DNA of 64,000 bases from Antedon mediterranea (taxonomy: Eukaryota > Animalia > Echinodermata), in the NCBI RefSeq assembly GCF_964355755.1, contig NC_092671.1, positions 20,708,001 through 20,772,000 of the forward strand. Reading direction: 5' to 3'. Below the pieces are notes generated by a model, which ran no database searches, was not told the origin of the DNA, and saw only the letters and a program-made list of their open reading frames with translations. Of the stretch, positions 1 through 12,881 are shown piece by piece. Position numbers and translations under genes: made by a program. Every line of letters starts with the position of its first letter. Position 1 is the first letter of the stretch.

Positions 1-5
1 TTGTT

Positions 6-706
6 TTATATAACATCTAAATAGATTCCTGTCATTTGAATCAAATATAAGGTAGCCCTAGCCAAGAGGCCTACATTTCATTCAGATTGATTAAAACCGT
101 AAAATTTAGTTTTTAATATTATATTAAATTTTATATTTATCTGGATTTTCTAAACACACCTACTTTAGTGATAATTATGTCAACAAACGACCAAACAATC
201 TTAGGCCTAGCAAGGCTAAAACGCCTAGGCTAGGCCTAATAATAATAGGCCTAGCTAGGCTAGACCTAGTAGTAGTACTAGATCGGCTGAAAGGCAAAAC
301 TTTGACAGACAATTGGCTAATTATGGTTTTTCCAACAATTTCACGTCTTGTAGGGATGTCCCCATTTATTAATCAAAATCCTAAAAACGATCTAAAGCTA
401 ATTTAAATGCTTTTTTGAATGAAATTAGTACATATATATCTCCAAATCGTACACAAAAATCTGCTGCTGTTGCATATCTCGCGGTGGTGTTTACAAACAA
501 CAGAGGCAGGACGACAGGTGGCGCTGTTATATTTTACAGTAATTTTTTATTCTAAATTTTTTTCATCCGCGAAAGGTTTATTTTTTTGTACACAAAATGT
601 TTAAAAAAGTACTATTAAATGATCGTTTAATAGTGCGTACTATTGTACGCCATGTGACCCACATTCGTCCAATCAAATGACAGGAATTTATTTAGGTGTT
701 ATATAA
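6..706. mobile_element. Non-autonomous TIR element (MITE)
   Basis: TTATATAACATCTAAATAGATTCCTGTCATTT (6-37) is the near-perfect inverse of AAATGACAGGAATTTATTTAGGTGTTATATAA (675-706); no coding capacity. Confidence 0.7.
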
Positions 707-708
707 TA

Positions 709-1065
709 CATTATAAAGTTCGATTGATTGATTTTGGAACGAAATATCCCATAACTACGTCCTATTAATAACAATTATGTAATATTTTCAATTCATAATG
801 CACGCTTTGATGACTAAATAAAATAATAAAGGTCGTAGATATTTGTTAATATACTGAAAAGAGTATGAACAATATTAAAAAAATAAAGGAAATTATTACA
901 AATGAAACGATGAACAAAATTTAATAACATTGGCGGCGCAATTTGTGTCAAAAACACACAGAGTGCCATATACTGTATAAAAAGAGGGGTGAATTTGTGT
1001 GTTTTTTTGTATTGGTTCATGCTTTGATTTATCCTAACTTGCATGTATGCCCTAGCATTTATTTT
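709..1065 (-). mobile_element. Internal fragment of the hAT-like family at 19784-20616 (inverted)
   Basis: Reverse complement of ~20035-20385; the ORF-track peptides at 814-1044 and 19999-20217 share MQVRI.QSMNQYKK. Confidence 0.75.
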
Positions 1066-1849
1066 TTTTCACGCTGCTGCTCTAGCCCGCTACGTCCCAT
1101 TAGGACTACTCAATCAGAAGCTAAAGCAAGCAGCAGTTACAGTTCTAAGGACGACAGTTTTGCGAAAATGGAAACTCCACTATAATTTATAGATTTCCAG
1201 CTGCTACTGTAGATCCACAAAACGTCTGGGAAAAGAGTCTATTATGACATGATGTCATGCTAAAATTACAAATCCCAAAGCATTTCTGGTATTTATGACT
1301 GGTAGGGCCTGTTTCTGCTGCCTAGAAAATAACCGGTTAAAATCGGTGTGAATAAATTAAAATCGGTGTGAATAAATTAACTCCATTTTCTTGGCAGCAG
1401 AAACAGGACAAATTTGTGGTAACCGGTTAAAAGGCAGCGCAAAATAACCGGTTAAAAACACCAATTTAAATCGGTGTTAGAACGCCGTTTAACCGGTTAT
1501 CGCTGAGCAATTCTTAGCTGCAACACGAAATAACGGTTATTTGATTGACAGTTGTGACCCCGGGTCAGATACCGTCGCATACGATGTGTGTTTTCCTCGT
1601 GGTTTTGACAGTCGAACGAAGAAGTGAACATGTATGTGGATGAATGAAATCACAAAATATGTTATTCAGTTGTGGGGGGAGAGAAAATACGGGGAAGGAT
1701 GGCAGGCAATAGAAAAGAATCACAGATAATAAATAAGAGCATTTTTGCGAAAGTAAAATAGAAATTTGGGGTGGAGTTCCGGGGACTACCCAAGCTAAGC
1801 AATTTGAGGCGTACACGCTCGCGAAGGGTATGGATGGGCCTATATAAAC

Positions 1850-2410
1850 ACCAAAACGGAAACAAAAGGGACTCAGAATGTTGCAAATACCTACCAAACG
1901 AGAGTAGATAATGGTTAATTAATTATGAAAACCCAAATTTTATAGCAAAAATCATCCGAATTTATGTTATAAACGATGGATTTAGCAACAAAAACTTAAT
2001 CCAAACGAGCGTATTTATGGCACGCCCTTAGTGCCTTTAATAGGAGAACAATGAACAATCTTACTTTGATCGTTTTACATATAATTTTTTTTAGAAAAAC
2101 ATCACATCGACCGAAAACAAAGGTTATCAGAGCCTTTGATAATATATTAAATATGATTTTATTAAGCATAGAAATGTGTTATTATTTATGTTAGTACATA
2201 AATATACGAAACAATGTTTAATACTCATTATTCTATTAAAGGCCCTATGTGCGTGCAATATTCTATGACTTGGATACTCTCGTTTGATTTAAGTTTTTGT
2301 GGCTAAACTCGTCGTTTTTAACATAAATTCGGATGATTTTTGCTATAAAAGTTGGGGTTTCATAATTAATTAACAATTATCTACTCTCGTTTTTGTTTCC
2401 GTTTGGTTTT
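1850..2410. repeat. Fold-back / long inverted repeat (~140-165-bp arms)
   Basis: 1850-2015 (CCAAAACGGAAACAAAA...GAGAGTAGATAAT...CATCCGAATTTATGTT) inverted at 2272-2410. Confidence 0.7.
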
Positions 2411-2576
2411 TTGTAGGACCAGGCTCGCGAAAGACAACAGTCGTTCACGTGGGAAGGGCCGTACGTGTCATCGCCTTTGTTGAGGAATTAGGCTAGATAA
2501 AAATTATCCTAGGCGATCGGGCGCTGCACGACCCTCCCCATGTTATTGAAGGCGCCATGAGAATTAATTTTATTAA

Positions 2577-3202
2577 AGCCCCATTCCCTACGTTTTTTAG
2601 ATGTAATTTAAGATCACAAACTATATTTAATGTAAAAATAATACTATATGGTCCTATTCCGATAACTTTTTTCGTCTTTAAACGGTTAAAAATGTGAAAA
2701 ATAAATCGATTTTAATAATTATAGCGGCCCGCTATAAATCCCAAAATGCATTGCGCGCGGATTGATATTTTTGTTTTTCACCTGTAATTCGCCCACTTTT
2801 CGATCGATCGTGAGGCCAAAACAAATGGAAGACTCCTAACTTTTCAGCGAAAATACCGGGTTTTCTCCAATTTGTATCAACGGAGTCTGGCAAAAATAGA
2901 AAGACAATTAATGCAGCAACTATACAACGTCAGGCTAGGTATATAGCTAGCGTACGATGTTCGCACGTTACCGATGTTTACCAGCTAGGCCTACAAAACT
3001 AAGCCTAGCCAGGCTAGGCCTAAGACCGTCCACGAGAGGTCGATCGCCGCGAGCTACTTAGGTAGTGCATTGTTTCTCACTTTTTATCATAATTTACCAT
3101 AAAACGTACATTTAAGACGAGGAATGACATGGTTTAATGTTTTTAAAGTGATATATATGTATTATTTTCCAAAAAACGTCCAAAATTGCAGGGAAGGGGT
3201 CT
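2577..3202. mobile_element. Kolobok-like MITE, 626 bp, copy 1
   Basis: TTAA|AGCCCCATTCCCTAC ... GCAGGGAAGGGGTCT|TTAA; near-identical to 3566-4191. Confidence 0.85.
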
Positions 3203-3565
3203 TTAACGATGGTAAGTAGGCTTTACAAAAAACAAAACTTGTAGACCTGGAGACAACATTTTATTATGTTAACATAGTTTAAGATGGCGATATCACACAC
3301 GTGTGTACTGACGTCGATGTAAACAAACAGCCAACTTACTACTTCCGTCTGAGTGTATTGCATTTTGGGTAATGATGACGTTTTGCTCGACGACCACCCA
3401 TAGATTTAACCGGTTATTTCGGAGCACAAATTGAGCAGAAACGTGTCTTGTTATTGTTATCTATTTTTAATCTGTTTTAAAATAACCGGTTAAATTGCGT
3501 TATGCAGCAGAAACAGACCCTAATTCACTGTCAGATATTCATTGAATTAAAAAACACTCCATTAA

Positions 3566-4191
3566 AGCCCCATTCCCTACGTTTTTTAGATCTAATTTAA
3601 GATCACAAACTATATTTAATGTAAAAATAATACTATATGGTCCTATTGCGATAACTTTTTTCGTCTTTAAACGGTTAAAAATGTGAAAAATAAATCGATT
3701 CTAATAATTATAGCGGCCCGCTATAAATCCCAAAATGCATTGCGCGCGGATTGATATTTTTGTTTTTCACCTGTAATTTGCCCACTTTTCGATCGATCGT
3801 GATGCAAAAACAAATGGAAGACTCCTAACTTTTCAGCGAAAATACCGGGTTTTCCCCAATTTGTATCAACGGAGTCTGGCAAAAATAGAAAGACAATTAA
3901 TGCAGCAACTATACAACGTCAGGCTAGGTATATAGCTAGCGTACGATGTTCGTACGTTATCGATGTTTACCAGCTAGGCCTACAAAATTAAGCCTAGCTA
4001 GGCTAGGCCTAAGACCGTCCACGAGAGGTCGATCGCCGCGAGCTACTTAGGTAGTGCATTGTTTGTCACTTTTTATCATAATTTACCATAAAACGTACAT
4101 TTAAGACAAGGAATGACATGGTTTAATGTTTTTAAAGTGATATATATGTATTATTTTCCAAAAAACGTCCAAAATTGCAGGGAAGGGGTCT
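3566..4191. mobile_element. Kolobok-like MITE, 626 bp, copy 2
   Basis: Same TIRs and TTAA TSD; interrupts an older repeat whose uninterrupted relative is inverted at ~47420-47535. Confidence 0.85.
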
Positions 4192-4468
4192 TTAAAGTTT
4201 GTGTTTGTAATAGGATACTTGAAATATCTAGGGTGATGAAGTGACCCCCAGACTTGACCTTAGCAATAAAATTAACTAAAGTGACAGAAATTGAGTATTC
4301 ACTTCTGTAACAAAAAAATAGTATTTATTCACATATAAAAAGAGAAAAGAAACCCAAAAACCATTGTCTGACAGACAATTTAAGTATTTGTTGCTTTAAA
4401 TTACATTTTTTTCAGGTAAAAAACTAAAATAACTATTAATGTGACAATAATTTTTTTCTCATGACAAT

Positions 4469-4642
4469 TTACAACTCCACTCCCAAAGACTTAATTATAA
4501 GTCTTTGTTTATGTAGAGCATCTTGTGTATATGTTTGTCTTATATGTTCTAGTGCAGTATATGGAGAGCCATCTCGATAGTGCTTTGCACTCATGGCAAT
4601 CCTCAGGGTGCTGCACCGCTGTATTTTCATGTATTGTTGTAC
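4469..4642 (-). other. Possible orphan terminal exon (57 codons plus stop), product unknown
   Basis: Strong acceptor TTTTATTCAATTTTCAG| followed by the open frame VQQYMKIQRCSTLRIAMSAKHYRDGSPYTALEHIRQTY...GVEL*; no homology recognised. Confidence 0.25.
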
Positions 4643-4849
4643 CTGAAAATTGAATAAAAAAAAAAAATATATATATAAAAAAACATTTGTATAAAAAATA
4701 GTTTTCAATAAGCGAGCAGCGTTTTTTGTAAGAAATATTTCTTGTTTATTATAATAATATATATATTGAGGCAGTTTTAACTTATTTGATCTTGATTTTT
4801 TTCTATATCCTGCCTATGCAGCTCTTTGATATATATGTTCCAAAATCAA

Positions 4850-5021
4850 TACCATTAATAAAATGAAATTTACTTCATAGACAACAAAATCTAAAAATAA
4901 ATGCATGAACTATTGGAAAATGCTATACAAAATAAACGCGCGCTCCCACAGCGTGCGAATTCTTTGACACAAAAATGGCTTCTAATCTTCAAAGTCGTAA
5001 CTCTTTATATATATGGCTCTG
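4850..5021 (-). mobile_element. Terminal fragment of the hAT-like family at 19784-20616
   Basis: Reverse complement of ~19784-19995, ending GTCGTAACTCTTTATATATATGGCTCTG. Confidence 0.8.
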
Positions 5022-5024
5022 ATG

Positions 5025-5415
5025 TAATTAATCACTAAATTAATTAGTGGATCGCATTTTTTAAAGTAATTCATAAAGATCTAATATAAATAATTTTGTG
5101 TAGGCCTAGATATAAAGAATGAAATGATTATATTTGTATATTAAAAAAAAATAATTGTTAATTGATAAATGTGAAATATGAAAAAAACATCGAGTACCAA
5201 AAAACTCGTCCGAGTACCGATCCTTGAAGGCCTAGGTAATCTAGGCCCCTTCTGTAGATAAGAATTAAGTTATTGTTTTTGGCGTCACTAAATTATTATT
5301 ATTATTATATTACACTGTACAGTTATATTTGTAAGTTTCTATTAAAATTTTAAAAGTTTGTCAAAATTTACAATTTTAGCAATTGTGTAGTTTTAGCGTC
5401 CGAGTACCGCACCCC
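5025..5415. mobile_element. Right half of the MULE-like family at 14328-17438, lacking the nested insert
   Basis: Matches 15136-15497 joined to 17399-17438; ends GTCCGAGTACCGCACCCC. Confidence 0.75.
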
Positions 5416-5460
5416 GCGTATTACATTTTAAACAATACATAATAAAAAAACTTTTTTTTT

Positions 5461-5692
5461 TCTGTCTGTGGACCTCCCTATCCTACTACTAGGCCTAGCC
5501 TAGGTAGATAACTACCCTACAGCAGTACATTTTGTTGTTGTTTCTGTCTGTGGACCTCCCTATCCTACTACTAGGCCTAGCCTAGGTAGATAACTACCCT
5601 ACAGCAGTACATTTTGTTGTTGTTTCTGTCTGTGGACCTCCCTATCCTACTACTAGGCCTAGCCTAGGTAGATAACTACCCTACAGCAGTAC
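5461..5692. repeat. Tandem repeat, 82-bp unit x ~2.8
   Basis: TCTGTCTGTGGACCTCCCTATCC recurs at 5461, 5543 and 5625. Confidence 0.95.
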
Positions 5693-5942
5693 ATACTGGT
5701 GGTGGTCATCTCTGAGAAGGCCTAGGTGGGTGAATGTTTTTAAATATTGGGCTAGCTACATACTGTAGTATAAAGTAGGGATTACGGTCGAAGCGGCCGC
5801 CAACCAAAGCAGCCGCTAGTTCAATAACGGTAATCTGTATGAAACGCCATGTGCGCTTTGCTTGTCGTTGTTTTGTAATCTTTGATTGTCATTGTTTCGA
5901 CAGGTTTTCTTTACCTCCTCAGACCGTAAATAACAATCTACA

Positions 5943-7567
5943 TTATTTACCTCCGACAAGGAGGTATATGTAATCGGTAGCGTGTGTTTGTTACTTGGCA
6001 AAAAGAATTTTGCCAAGTACAGTATTCACTTTGTTTGTGTGTTTGTTTATTTGTTTGTTAGCACGATAGCGCCTACAGTTTTGAAGTTACCATTCTGAAT
6101 TTTTGGGTGTAGATAGGTATATACTTTCAGACCATGCCTATTGAAAATCAACAAAATTGGTTGATTAATAACTTCACAAATAACAAAAATGATATTATTT
6201 TCAGACCGGCTAGTGTTAAAAGATAGGAGACAACTTTCAAAAGCCGGTGAGCAGTCTCAAATTAACAAGTGTACTAAAATTGCATTTTCTCGAGAAGTAC
6301 TTGTCTTTCAGACAAGAGGCAAGGGTTATAATTTGTGATTTGTAATTTTAAAACAAAAGTTGATTCAATGTACCGGCTTTTTCATACGAGTAGTTTTAAA
6401 AAACCTATATCTTTTCAAATTCACCCGTTTGTTTTTGGCGTTGCTGTTCTATTGTTATTCAAATTTGACTATTGTTAGTTGATAATTAGTTTTTTTAGTA
6501 CTGTACTAGCGTGTGTCCTTCCTTATTTCATTCTGTACATAGGTATATACTTACAGAACATGCCTTGATTTTCAGGAAAACTGATATATTGGCCATGTCT
6601 CAAAAGCTTATCTTCCGTACGATATATTAAATAGCACGCATTCTGTTTTTTTTTAACATGGACATATTCTTTGATATGGACCAAAATATTAGTCGACTGG
6701 TCACGCGGTTAAGCTTACTACATGGGTTAAGGCGGAGGCGCCGCAAATCCGCACTGCTTCAAGACACTCCTCGACCATTATTCTGGTCAATCTTGATTTT
6801 AGAAAGGTCATTGTTGCAATGCCGGAATTGTTTGTATAAAAAATTATTTAAACAAATTATTAACCTTATCAGTATTTTAACAATGTAAAGCTAATACCTA
6901 AAGCAAAAATTGTATCTTTCAACATGCTCCCAGTCAGTGGATATATTTTGCCAAGTACTTCACTCAGTTTCTGAGTGCTTTCATTTGTTTGTTAGCAGAA
7001 TTACTCAAAAAGTAATTACAAGATCTTTATCAAAATGAATATACAGATAGATATGTGATCAAGGACCATTCCATTAAATTTTGGGACCATTTGGGACCAT
7101 GGTCCCAATTCTGGACCACTTTTTGAGTATACGTTTCAGACCTGCTAGTGTTAAAAGATAGGACAGAATTTTTCAAAAGCAAAAGTAAACTGAAATTGCA
7201 TTTTCTCGAGAACTACTTGTCCAAAAAACTTAATTTTTGTACAGTACAAGAGGCAAGAGTTATAATTTGTGATTTGTAATTTTAAAACATAATTTGATTT
7301 AATGTGCACGTTTTTTTATGCGAGTAGTTTAAAAAACCTATTTCTTTTCAAATTCACTTGTTTGATTTTCGTGTTGCTGTTCTATTGCTAATTGAAAGGC
7401 TTGTTACATAACCATTACACCAAACTCGCATACACATGCTTGTAGTGAAATTAGCGTAAATCGCGAACAGCATTAGACACATACATATATTTTGTTACCG
7501 TAGAAATATTATGTAGGAGAATTTTGCGGTAGGCGGAGGTATGCACTCTTGGAGTGCCTTTCTAGTT
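5943..7567 (+). mobile_element. Helentron-associated (HINE/DINE-1-like) element, outer
   Basis: Subterminal inverted repeats TACCTCCG / CGGAGGTA, 3' stem-loop GCACTC-TTG-GAGTGC then CTAGTT, GTTT-type microsatellite near the 5' end. Confidence 0.65.
5988..6990 (+). mobile_element. HINE-like element nested in the microsatellite of the outer HINE
   Basis: SubTIR TACTTGGCAAAA / TTTTGCCAAGTA, 3' stem-loop CACTCAG-TTT-CTGAGTG; internal 6200-6460 resembles 7130-7390. Confidence 0.65.
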
Positions 7568-8878
7568 ACTGTATGTAATTTATTCTCCTTTTTTTTTTAC
7601 AGATTGATTGTGCAAATACATTCTTTTAAATCGATGATTACTTATTTTAACTGTTCTAAATGATATATATGTTTAAAAAAGTCAATAAAATACGTGTTTG
7701 TATTGTGTAATTAATATAATATATAATACTGTTCAATCTTTTCATCTTAACGTGTCTTCCTCTTCCTCTAAAACTGCCCTTAAGATGTAACCTATAATTT
7801 ATTACACTTTTATTAATTATTATAATAACAATAACCATAATGTTAACTACTACAGTAGTAATGACTATAATTTTTATGTGTTTAAATTTTAAATGTAAAT
7901 ATGTATAATTATGTTTGTATGATGTAGTATGTTTAAGCGGATATTAGCCCTTGATGGCATTTGCAGCAATAAGGAAATTGAATTGAAATTAAGAATTATA
8001 TATATTTTTTAAATATTAAGTATATCAAAATATATAAATATATATTTGTTATTGTATATTAATTAATTAGTAGTGTTCGCAATCATAATTTAATTACAAT
8101 AACATGATGACAGCAATGTATTTATTTATTATCCTACATTATTTTTTACCAGATATAAATATTGATCAATTAAAAATGAGTTTTAAATACTAAAATAAGA
8201 TGAAAATGTCTGTATGGTACAGTAATTAATTACGCAAATTTCTGCTAATAACTCGACTGGCGGCCAGCAATAGTGCTGCTGTATTAGCCCACCTTGATTT
8301 ATTGAACACACAAACAATGTTACAATGGAATAACACTTAAATGTATAACACACCCTATTACTAATAATAAAAACCAAGATTCGATAGTACAGTATGTAAA
8401 TGCAGGGGCGGATCCATGATTTTGTGAAAGGGGGGGGGGGGGGGGCGCAAATGTAGAGAGTCCACACCAACTCATTCGATTCGATAGTATGTAAACAAGA
8501 TAAAGATTCGGCAATACCGTACGTAAATTATTATTGCCATACTGTATAAAGATTCGATAGTACTGTATGTAAACCAGATATAAAGATTCGGCAATACTTT
8601 ACGTAAATTATGATTACAATACTGAATATAGATTCGATAGGAGAGTGCTCGAAAAACGTCGGGTCAGTTCAACGTTATTTTTTCTCTTCACTACCAATAT
8701 ATTAAAAATTTAATTTCTTTATTACTGCAAATGCCATCAAGGGCTATGCCATCAAGGGCTATGCCATCCGCTAAAACATACAACATCAAACAAACATATA
8801 AAAATTTACATTTAAATTGTTGTTGTTATTATACAGAAAGAGAGATTAAGATTCAATAGTATGTAAATGAGATAAAGG

Positions 8879-11800
8879 GGCGCTAATGCAGTTTCGTACC
8901 CACCCCACCCAAAATGGTTTCAATACTTCATCTAACCTACTCACGAGTTGTCTACAACATTCAGCAAGCATAAAATGGTAAAATATCGATAATTTCTTAT
9001 TTATAACTATTTTTAATCAATTAATAATTGAGCACCCTTCAGAAATCCATCGCCAGCTTAGCTTCGCGAAATCATCGCTAGGCCTGCCGATGAAAGTACG
9101 GAGGCCTCATAGGGCATCGATCTATAGAGGACGCCGTTATGGTCATATTATGGCGATAATAAAATATTTTTTACATGTTCCTCGTGAACGGATTTTAAGT
9201 TTTTTTCCATAAAGAAATATTTTGTATTTAATTATGTTGTTAATTTTTAGAAATTCTATTTATTTTGAATGTTGTGTGTTATTGTCTTGTCAAATTATAT
9301 TTTTTGTAAGAGTCCCTAATGATCAGCTTCGGCTGGATGGACCACCCTCATAAAATATTGTTGAAATAAATTAATGAATAGTTGCTGCATTATTTAATGT
9401 TTTATTTGATTTTATTTTAATAAACACAACAGGAAAGAAGATAAAAAAGAAGAAATGAAGACATGAAATGATGTATTCAGTGTCAGCAGAAGTAAAATAA
9501 ATTATAGTAATTGATTAATTGATGGAAAACATTTTTATTATAATTACTGTACATTACATATCAATAAATTATATCTTTCTGTTTTTGTTCCTCTTTTCAT
9601 GTATTTGAAGAGGTCTTTCATAGGTGAATAAAAAATGTTAATTAATAAAATATACTTCTATAAAATCTTAAAACAGGGAAACCATTAGCGTTTCTAGTAT
9701 AGCTAGTGATAACATTACTAAAACAATTAATTTGTCATAGCTTGATTATTGTGTTATAACATTAACAATGTAACTCAGGAATGAAGTACTGTAATTCTTT
9801 TTATTCATTTCATATTTATTTGATCTACAAACCATAATGTAAAATAAACTAAAACAGAGGAAAATTGGTCAGTACTTATATCTTCAAGAGTCAGCAGTTC
9901 CTACGCTCGCGCTAAGGTAAAATTTTCGTTCGCCAAAATGGCGAAAGGTTTTGAAAAACATTAGCCAAATTGAAAATCCATTAGCCAAATTGAAAATCTT
10001 TTAGCCAAATTTTAAAAACCATAAAAATTCGCAAAAATGTTTATTAAATAAATAATGCATGTATTTGTTTGTTATTTTACTTCTTTTACATTTATATTAT
10101 TATTAGGTATCCCAATGAATCTGATTTTCATTACCGCGATTTAACACGTTCGTGAAATTTCAAAAAGTGACGTGTCTTTGAAGTTAAAAATATACTATTT
10201 CTTATGTACCCATGAGAATAAAAATTATATGCCTGGAAAGATCTTGTTTAAGGGATTGTTTTTATATATTTTTAATCTATGTTTATTAAATATTTTAATA
10301 GAAAACGCGAGTTAAAAATGAGGTACAAAAGCCAGCGAGCAAGACAAAATAAAAATCAGATAGTAGGAGTGGATTTCAGTTTTTTGTTTATTTTAAAACA
10401 TACCATGTGTGTGTGAAGGTACAGTAGTTAAATTATACTGCAAATTAATAAAGATCAAATTAAATATACGTCATAAAGAATCAGAATATATTGTGGGGAA
10501 TGTATTATAAAATTACATAGGGAGATTTGATGATAAGACATTTTTCGAGTGAAATCCCGATAGCCGAGTTTTATTGAGTAAGCTTGCAGGAATAACTGTA
10601 GCTATCTTCCTGTGTCCCGTTAGGACCGAGATGTCTGCCCATGTTGCAAGCCGTAATGTCTTCTTTCTTGGGCCCACTCTGTTACGGCAGTTTCAAAAGA
10701 TGATTAAATTAAATACTGTATTAATAATTATTAGGATGGTATTCATTTGAATAAACGCCTTTCCAATAAAACATCACTTTGAATAATAAACCCCCCCCCC
10801 CCCAACCCAACTATCTAATAAACGTCCATCCACATATTTATAATAACACAATTATACTATTTGTAGTAGAATTCACCGCACTGTTATCTACAATTTACCA
10901 AGCATTTGTTATTCTTTTTTACCACTTTTCATATCTACTGTATTAGAGGATTTCATTTGATTATAAATGTTACCATATTATTAAAACTAAAAATTTAACA
11001 TATATCCCTCGAATGAGCACCTCCCTCAAATGACCTCCGCCTCCCCAAAGGGCCCTACCAAACAATAAAAACTATACTTTAAAATGTTATTAATCATCTA
11101 AAACACTGTGAAAGTTTTACGAATGTCAAGCATTTTCAATAATGGTAACCGACAGAAAATGTATAAGGAGAACATTATCATTCCGAGAACCATCGTCTAC
11201 ACTTCCTAGAGGGGGAGCGAGCGAAGCGAGCTCACCCTCTAGTATTACTAAATTACCATCGCCCAGGCAATGTGCATGGTATGCATGTATTAGCGCGTTA
11301 ATTAATGATTGGATAACCCCCGCAGTGGACTGTTCCATTTTCTGAACTAGTCGCACACGAGGCATGTCGAAAAATGTCGCCTCTCATCATGGAATATTTG
11401 CTTCGAAACGTCAATTTTACCGATTTATTAAATTATTTAATAAGTGGAATATTTATTAATATATTATATAAAACAAGTACGTTAGGAAGAAATGTACCGC
11501 AGAAATTTAAGAAGCTTTGAATTTGCTATGCAGCTGCCGTAACCCATTCCAGGGTTGCCGTTGTAGTATACGCTGTTTCTTAGCTATTCAATTTAAAGCG
11601 CAACTTTCGGTTAGAATAAAAGGGAAATAAAATTAAACATGTTAACATTATACTATTGAGGTAATTACTTTGTTAAATTTAAAATTCCCCTTTTTAAATA
11701 ACAGAACAGCCTCGTTTACGGAAGTATTCGTCCACATGTTGCTGTTTACATTTTCTTCTCGAAGTTCATTTTCTACAGTACGTCGAAGAATAGGGACTTC

Positions 11801-12582
11801 CCCTGAACCAATCACATTAACTGTGTGTCATTAAAACGTCATCGAGGGACGCTCTGCGCATGTTTAAACAGAACTAAAAAAAAATGAACAAGGTGATCGT
11901 GACGTCGTCACATAAAATGCTGTGGTGGTAAAAAGTGTACCCGAGTCAGAAAGTACCGAAGTATGGCGAATTCTCGCTCCCATAAGAAGTCACGCCGATC
12001 AGGCTAGGCCTAGGCTTGGAAATGTGTTTTCACCAATTTGGCGAACGAGGCAATAATTATTTTCGCCAAATGGAGACTCCAGTCGCCATTGGCGAGCGGT
12101 TAGCGCGAGCGTAGAGTTCCATATTTATCTTCTTTTCTGTGTGAAATTCTACTAGTAAAATGAAAGAATAAATTAAAAACATATGTTGATACCCACAATG
12201 ATTAATACAGCAATTGTATAGTATTTCTTTATTAAAAATACGAAACGCATGTCGGAAATAATGAAAATTATATTTGGTTCGTGCTTTAAACATTAGTAAC
12301 TACGCCCTCTATAGAACGCAACTGTTTACTCTATTAATAGAGTTAATGTCCTGTGAGGCCTCCGTACTTTTATCGGCAGGCCTAGCGATGATTTTCATGA
12401 AGCTAAGCTGGCGATGTATTTCCGAAGGGTGCTCAGTATCAATTGATTAAAAATAGTTTTAAATAAAAAATTATCGATTTTTTACAATTTTATGATTGCA
12501 GGATGTTGTAGACAACTCGTGAGTAGGTTGGCTGAAGATTTTGAGTAATTTTAAGGTGTGGGTACGAAACTGCATTAGCGCC
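8879..12582. mobile_element. Long-TIR non-autonomous element (Merlin-like) with nested inserts
   Basis: ~230-bp TIRs starting GGCGCTAATGCAGTTTCGTACCCAC (8879-9110 vs 12352-12582); 8-bp TSD GATAAAGG/GATAAAGA. Confidence 0.8.
9901..12114. mobile_element. TIR element with 5-bp TSD
   Basis: AGTTC|CTACGCTCGCGCTAA ... TTAGCGCGAGCGTAG|AGTTC; repeated TT(A/C)GCCAAA subterminal motifs. Confidence 0.8.
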
Positions 12583-12881
12583 GATAAAGATTCAACAGTA
12601 TGATTATATTGCAAACGTGTAAATTATTAATAATAGTATGTAAATATATTTCGATATATTTAAGTTAATAGTAAAATACAAATACAATATACATTGATTT
12701 ATCGGCAGACAAACTTAATTATTATAGAAATATAAAGATTTTATAGTACATGATTTGGCTTATATTGGTTTAACCATACTCCTTTAGCTGCAACTCAACT
12801 CGCCATAGGCCATGGCGTTGACAACGACAATTAAAGATTAAAGCACACATGTGACATGGCGTTCAATACAAATGACGATAT

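Larger units (their letters stand above)
1305..3520. mobile_element. TIR element (Harbinger-like termini) with nested insertions
   Basis: GGGCCTGTTTCTGCTGC ... GCAGCAGAAACAGACCC, TA on both flanks, repeated AACCGGTT subterminal motifs. Confidence 0.65.
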
